DNA of 64,000 nucleotides from an uncultured candidatus Porisulfidus sp. (GTDB lineage Bacteria; Pseudomonadota; Gammaproteobacteria; Poriferisulfidales; Oxydemutatoraceae): NCBI GenBank assembly GCA_965199685.1, contig OZ241323.1, positions 2,529,940 to 2,593,939 of the forward strand, read 5' to 3'. Shown piece by piece: positions 59,064 to 64,000 of this stretch (position 1 is its first letter; each line of letters starts with the position of its first letter). The notes under the pieces were generated by a model. It saw only the letters and a program-made list of their open reading frames with translations, ran no database searches and was not told where the DNA came from. The position numbers and the translations under genes were made by a program.

Positions 59064-59450
59064 TTGATGACCAAAGAAATTATAAAAACAGACCATGCCC
59101 CCGCAGCCATAGGCACTTATTCTCAGGCCGTCAAAGTCGGGCAAACTGTTTATTTGTCGGGACAGATTCCGCTATCTCCCGAAACGATGGAAGTCGTCGC
59201 CGGCGACATCACGGTACATGCACGCACGGTGTTTGATAATCTGAGTGCGGTGGCAACTGCTGCCGGCGGCTCTTTGGCAGACATCGTCAAATTAAACGTC
59301 TATCTTTGTGATTTAAGTCATTTTGCCAAAATAAACGAAGTGATGGCGGAATATTTCTCCGAGCCTTATCCGGCGCGTGCGGCAGTGCAGGTTTCGGCAT
59401 TGCCCAAAGGCGTGGACATAGAAATTGATGCAATCATGCATTTGTCTTAA
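59064..59450 (+). CDS. ridA: RidA/YjgF family reactive-intermediate deaminase
   Basis: The protein is 128 aa and has the motif [23 protein letters not shown]. Confidence 0.8.
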   Translation: MMTKEIIKTDHAPAAIGTYSQAVKVGQTVYLSGQIPLSPETMEVVAGDITVHARTVFDNLSAVATAAGGSLADIVKLNVYLCDLSHFAKINEVMAEYFSEPYPARAAVQVSALPKGVDIEIDAIMHLS

Positions 59451-59484
59451 AAATAGATAACCACCCCCGACATCCATTAGTTTT

Positions 59485-61551
59485 ATGACGGCACTTACCG
59501 CATTGCGTGGCATTGGGTCTGTAGCCGAGGCATCGCTGAACAAGCTAGGCATAAACTGCATTGAAGATTTGCTGTTCCATTTCCCGCTACGATATAAAGA
59601 TAAAACCCGTATCAGGCGTATTGACGAATTGCGCATAGGTGAGGAGGCGTTGATAGAGGGTGTGCTGGAGTCGGCGCGCGTCGCTTTTGAGGGGCGTAGG
59701 GTTTTTATCGCTATGGTCAGAGATGCCAGCGGTGCGACCATGCAGTTTCGTTTTTTCCATTTTTCCGAACGACAAAGGTTTTTTTTTAAGCCCGGCGCGC
59801 GTCTATACGCTTACGGAGAGGTTAGACTTGCGCGCAAAGTAAGGTATGAAATGATCCATCCAGAGTACCGCTTCATCAAAGATCATGAGCCGGTGCCGGT
59901 TCAGTCTTTCTATACTCCGGTATACCCCACGACTGCCGACTTAAAGCAAGCAAGTCTGTATCGTTATATTGATAAATCTTTGCAGTGGTTGTCTGACTCG
60001 CCCGATTTTTTAGAGGAGTTGCTGCCGAAGCAATGGGCTTACGATATTAGTTTGGCGGATGCGATAGCCTTGATACATCGCCCGCCTCCGGATACTGATT
60101 TGAACGCTTTGCTGGAAGGAGACCATGTTGCTCGGCAGCGTTTGGCGTTTGAGGAACTGCTGGCTAATGTTGTCAGCTTAAAGAAAATGCGCTTGCAGAA
60201 TCGTGTGGAAAGAGCCGCAAACTTAGAAGGCGAAGACCTTCTGTTTAAGCGTTTGTTGTCGTTATTGCCGTTTGATTTGACTGCCGCACAACAACGGGTG
60301 GTTGCAGAAATAACCGAAGACTTATCTAAATCGGAAGCGATGATGCGTCTAGTGCAGGGCGATGTGGGTTCGGGCAAGACCATAGTTGCTGTTGCCGCAA
60401 TGCTAAAAGCGGTGTCGGCGGGTTATCAGGCGGCGATGATGGTGCCTACCGAAATTCTAGCCGAACAGCACTATACTAATCTGCGCACTATTTTGGAACC
60501 TTTAGAGGTGCGTATCAGCCTGTTATTGGGCAATCAAAAGATGAGTGAGAAGCGCGCGATATTGGGGCATATCAGAAAAGGTGTTTCGCAAATCGTTATC
60601 GGCACGCACGCATTATTTCAAGAGGCGGTCAGTTTTGACAAATTGGCAATCATCGTGGTTGATGAACAACATCGTTTCGGCGTACACCAGCGGTTGTTGC
60701 TGAAGCAGAAAGGTGAGCAGAGAGACTATCAACCACATCAGTTGATTATGACCGCAACACCCATTCCGCGTAGTCTGGCAATGACTATGTATGCCGACCT
60801 TGATTACTCGGTTATTGATACGCTGCCGCCGGGTCGCCAAGAAATCAAAACCGTGGCAGTATCCGATGAGCGTAGAGCCGAGGTTGTAGAGCGGGTGCAT
60901 TTAGCGTGCCGCCGAGGCAGTCAAGTCTATTGGGTTTGCACCTTAATAGAAGAATCCAAGACTTTGCGTTATCAAGCTGCCGAAAACAGTTATGAGTTTC
61001 TCAAAGCGGCGATGCCGGATGTAGAGATAGGATTGGTGCATGGCGGTATGAAAGCGCAGATGAAAGAGCAAGCGATGCAGGCATTTAGGGAACAGCGTAC
61101 CCAATTACTCGTTGCGACCACCGTGATAGAAGTCGGTGTGGATGTTCCGAACGCAACCTTGATGGTCATAGAAAATGCCGAGCGTTTGGGTTTGGCACAA
61201 CTACATCAGTTGCGCGGGCGTGTCGGCAGAGGTGAAAAACAAAGCACCTGCGTGTTGATATATCATCCTCCGTTATCGGAAAATGCCGAAGCGCGTATCA
61301 AAGTAATGCGCAGGACAAACGATGGCTTTGAGATTGCTAAAGAGGATCTGCGGCAACGCGGTTCGGGCGAGATACTCGGCACTCGGCAAACTGGACAGAC
61401 TTACTTTAGGGTTGCTGATCTCACACGCGACAGAGAACTAATGAAAAAAACTTACACTGTTGCCGACCACCTCCTCAAACAATCTCCCGAAACCGTGGAT
61501 AAATTAATTGACCGTTGGCTTGGTCAATCTATACACTATGCCGATGTATGA
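59485..61551 (+). CDS. recG: ATP-dependent DNA helicase RecG
   Basis: The N-terminal wedge domain is followed by SF2 helicase motifs GDVGSGKT, DEQHRFGV, TATPIPRS and QLHQLRGRVGRG. The protein is 688 aa. Confidence 0.9.
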   Translation: MTALTALRGIGSVAEASLNKLGINCIEDLLFHFPLRYKDKTRIRRIDELRIGEEALIEGVLESARVAFEGRRVFIAMVRDASGATMQFRFFHFSERQRFFFKPGARLYAYGEVRLARKVRYEMIHPEYRFIKDHEPVPVQSFYTPVYPTTADLKQASLYRYIDKSLQWLSDSPDFLEELLPKQWAYDISLADAIALIHRPPPDTDLNALLEGDHVARQRLAFEELLANVVSLKKMRLQNRVERAANLEGEDLLFKRLLSLLPFDLTAAQQRVVAEITEDLSKSEAMMRLVQGDVGSGKTIVAVAAMLKAVSAGYQAAMMVPTEILAEQHYTNLRTILEPLEVRISLLLGNQKMSEKRAILGHIRKGVSQIVIGTHALFQEAVSFDKLAIIVVDEQHRFGVHQRLLLKQKGEQRDYQPHQLIMTATPIPRSLAMTMYADLDYSVIDTLPPGRQEIKTVAVSDERRAEVVERVHLACRRGSQVYWVCTLIEESKTLRYQAAENSYEFLKAAMPDVEIGLVHGGMKAQMKEQAMQAFREQRTQLLVATTVIEVGVDVPNATLMVIENAERLGLAQLHQLRGRVGRGEKQSTCVLIYHPPLSENAEARIKVMRRTNDGFEIAKEDLRQRGSGEILGTRQTGQTYFRVADLTRDRELMKKTYTVADHLLKQSPETVDKLIDRWLGQSIHYADV

Positions 61552-61649
61552 GTGGGCTGTTGCAGTTCACAAACGGCCTGATATTGTGCATAACCCTTTG
61601 TCCTATATAATTATGCAAATCTTATTTTTACCTGACAAAATTACGTAAC

Positions 61650-62513
61650 ATGCCCAAGTGTAACTATTTAATAGCGGCGAATATCACCTCGCCGCAGCAA
61701 TCAAAAATACTAAAGAGGTGGATAGAAAACTGTGAGTTTGAGAAATACGAATCCGCCGAATATAAACTTCATCATAAAGGAGGTCGCGAAATGAATAAAC
61801 TTTATAAATTTATGCTTGCTGACATTAACCGCGAGGTTGTTATGAAGGTCGCGTATATAAATCGCGACGAGTGGAAATATCGATTGAAATTGATATTAAG
61901 GCATTATCTGCGAGCCAGTAATCGAAAGGCTTTTTGTTGCTGTGAGAAAGCTTACTCCCATAATCTAGGGGCACCCGAACCTTTAGCTTATTGGAAAAAG
62001 AGCGACAGCGTAACACGGTTTAGGACTTATTTTTTATACCAACATGTAAAAAGCTTTCCATGGCTAAATACATACGAGGAATTAAGCAAAGCAGGAGATG
62101 AGGATTCAAATCAAAAAAGTGACTTAATAATACAAAAAATCATCAATGCGCTTGCATCCTTGCATCGGCAAGGTATACGACACGGAGATGTGATACCATA
62201 TAATATATTAATGTCCATGCAAGGAACTGACAAGTTATCAAATGCGAAAGTTTATTTCGTGGACTACGATAACGCTTCTCTTACTAAAATAAAATATCCT
62301 ACTTTTATTAGAAGATTTTTCGATATAAAAGATTTGTGGAAAATGAGAATAGACGATAATTCGCCCTACGACATGCTTAAACTTTATCTAGGAAGCGATT
62401 ATCACCCTTGGTGGAATATAGCATTAATTTTTTGGCGTTGGAGACTTAAAGAAGTTAATATGAGCTTTCCCGATAAGCTAAGGAGGTTAAAACAGAGGCT
62501 GCTTAGATTATAG
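61650..62513 (+). CDS. Lipopolysaccharide-kinase-like (Kdo/WaaP family) protein-kinase-fold protein
   Basis: It has the catalytic-loop-like LHRQGIRHGDVIPYNIL and the DFG-like VYFVDYDNAS. The true start may be an internal Met. Confidence 0.45.
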   Translation: MPKCNYLIAANITSPQQSKILKRWIENCEFEKYESAEYKLHHKGGREMNKLYKFMLADINREVVMKVAYINRDEWKYRLKLILRHYLRASNRKAFCCCEKAYSHNLGAPEPLAYWKKSDSVTRFRTYFLYQHVKSFPWLNTYEELSKAGDEDSNQKSDLIIQKIINALASLHRQGIRHGDVIPYNILMSMQGTDKLSNAKVYFVDYDNASLTKIKYPTFIRRFFDIKDLWKMRIDDNSPYDMLKLYLGSDYHPWWNIALIFWRWRLKEVNMSFPDKLRRLKQRLLRL

Positions 62514-62608
62514 ATTCTAAAAAATATTAATGTATTGGGTAAGACATACATTACAAAATATAGTATCCGCCGGCAGGTGGTCCTTGTAAATCACGACAGA
62601 TAGATACT

Positions 62609-63970
62609 TTAACTATTCAGTTTATCGTTTAATTTAGTCAGCTTGCGCAAATTATTAGATGAGCCGATATCTCTGCGATACTCCAAACTGCTTTTCACAT
62701 AGTTATCAATTGCTTGGTTGATTGAGTCGGAGGCATCTGCAATGTTTTTTGCAACTTTACTGAGCGCAAAAACACGCGATTTTTTAAGCGTCGTATAAGC
62801 ATTTCCGTCTCGGACACACGATGCGTAGTAAATTTTTATTCCCATATTCCTGATAGCTTGTTCGTCTATTTGGAATCGTGTTGCGCGGCTACTTTTGTCG
62901 GGATATTCTTTAGCAACTAGATACTTTATGACACTCGCTTTGTTGGTGAATTTTATTTGGTCGCCACGCAGCCGCCGATGCCAAAGGTCTTTTATGACCT
63001 TAGAAAACGGTGTTTTCAAGATTGTCAAGATGTTAAGTGCCTCAGGATCCCCAAACCGCCCGTTAAATTCCATAAACTGTATGCCTTTGCTCGTCTTAAA
63101 GAATCCTCCGTTGAGGATACCTCTAAAATCTAAACCATCCTGCCGCATCGCATTGATTATCTTTTGCATGATTTTTCGGCAATCCTGGAAATCTTTGGTG
63201 TTCATAAAAGGTAGCAATTTTTTAGAGTCGGTAAAACATCCCATACCCCCAGTGCCAGAACCTTTATCATTTTCCAGTCTATAAGGATAATCGTAACTCG
63301 CCGGCGACATGACTAAATTGTCTCCGTCGGTAAAACCCATAATGGTAAACTCTATCCCATCAAGCTTCTCTACCAAAAGGACTTTTTCTCCTTTGTTTTG
63401 CTTGAGTAGCAAAGAAGCATAATCTGCACTATCTTGATAAGTTCTTAGATGTTCGCGCATAACCTTAACGCCTTTCCCGCCGGTTAATCCTTGAGGCTTC
63501 ACAACAACCAAAAGTTTCTTTTTCTTAAATTCTTTAATGGTATCTTTAAGTTCTGCTTGGGAAGAAATAATTCTATGAAATGGTGTGAATTCCGGGCAGT
63601 TCTGCTCCATTAATCGCATCGCATAAACCTTATCCCATTCAATTCGGGTGGCTGCTTTAGTCCCGCCCACTGCCTTGATTTTATGCTTTAGCAGCTCGTC
63701 AACCACACCATTTGCTAACGGTGCGTCGGCATTCACAAAGGCATAATCTATTTTGTGTTTGCTGGCAAATTTGGTAATAGCCTGCACGTTGGTTGTGTCT
63801 TCAACTAGATATTCCCCTCCCGACTCTTCTATGCAATCAATGATTGTCGGGTTCTCATGATCCATAACGGCATACAGAGAGATGTTGCCTTCCTCGTTGA
63901 GTTTTGATGCAAAGGCACTTTCGCGCCCTCCCGCGCCCACAACTAAAAACTTCTCTTTTTTTCTGTTCAT
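62609..63970 (-). CDS. purD: Phosphoribosylamine--glycine ligase (GAR synthetase), divergent
   Basis: Colinear with PurD: FLVVGAGGRESAFASKL (GSGGREHA), KPQGLTGGKGVKV (KADGLAAGKGV), KGSGTGGMG (DTGPNTGGMG) and EFNGRFGDPE (EFNCRFGDPE). Confidence 0.6.
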   Translation of the reverse strand: MNRKKEKFLVVGAGGRESAFASKLNEEGNISLYAVMDHENPTIIDCIEESGGEYLVEDTTNVQAITKFASKHKIDYAFVNADAPLANGVVDELLKHKIKAVGGTKAATRIEWDKVYAMRLMEQNCPEFTPFHRIISSQAELKDTIKEFKKKKLLVVVKPQGLTGGKGVKVMREHLRTYQDSADYASLLLKQNKGEKVLLVEKLDGIEFTIMGFTDGDNLVMSPASYDYPYRLENDKGSGTGGMGCFTDSKKLLPFMNTKDFQDCRKIMQKIINAMRQDGLDFRGILNGGFFKTSKGIQFMEFNGRFGDPEALNILTILKTPFSKVIKDLWHRRLRGDQIKFTNKASVIKYLVAKEYPDKSSRATRFQIDEQAIRNMGIKIYYASCVRDGNAYTTLKKSRVFALSKVAKNIADASDSINQAIDNYVKSSLEYRRDIGSSNNLRKLTKLNDKLNS

Positions 63971-64000
63971 AGAAAATCCTCGTGGTCAATTATATGACAT

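Overview
This 64-kb window looks like chromosomal DNA from a low-GC (about 42%, by eye) gammaproteobacterium. The gene content and gene order point that way, but I cannot place the lineage from sequence alone.

Housekeeping genes dominate the window. They include a partial rplM, a type II NADH dehydrogenase, glnA, wrbA, mrcA, aroK-aroB, hemH, gpmI, tatABC, hisBHAFE, gyrB, xthA, fdxA, rpoZ-spoT-ridA-recG, purD and one tRNA-Ser.

Several accessory or unusual loci sit between them:
1. A tight minus-strand operon at 5834..11964 holds four genes that encode 5.5 near-identical ~330-aa modules; one 909-aa ORF carries 2.5 of them. Their motifs fit the GT-B fucosyltransferase superfamily (GT65/GT23-like). 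The operon sits divergently next to item 2.
2. A 950-aa protein ends in a SopB/IpgD-type phosphoinositide-phosphatase active site, NCKSGKDRTG. Its N-terminal ~800 aa are novel.
3. A type II NADH dehydrogenase is fused to a C-terminal cyclic-nucleotide-binding domain.
4. A small island between aroB and hemH holds an orphan Cas6-like protein (a glycine-rich GLGx5GCG loop and no CRISPR array), a ParA-like ATPase and an HNH endonuclease.
5. A lipooligosaccharide-type glycosyltransferase cluster (GT2, GT25, GT2-like, GT2, then an ABC exporter) sits directly downstream of hemH.
6. A secreted DUF1524-like nuclease gene is bracketed by 124-bp direct repeats, between tatA and hisE.
7. A frameshifted, GC-richer IS4/IS1380-like transposase remnant lies between hisB and gyrB.
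8. Duplicated small coiled-coil/TM genes bracket a divergent outer-membrane-protein / FGE-family gene pair.

About ten intergenic gaps are filled with mosaics of short palindromic repeat modules (MITE/BIME-like). Reading them as ORFs produced several spurious calls in the six-frame track.
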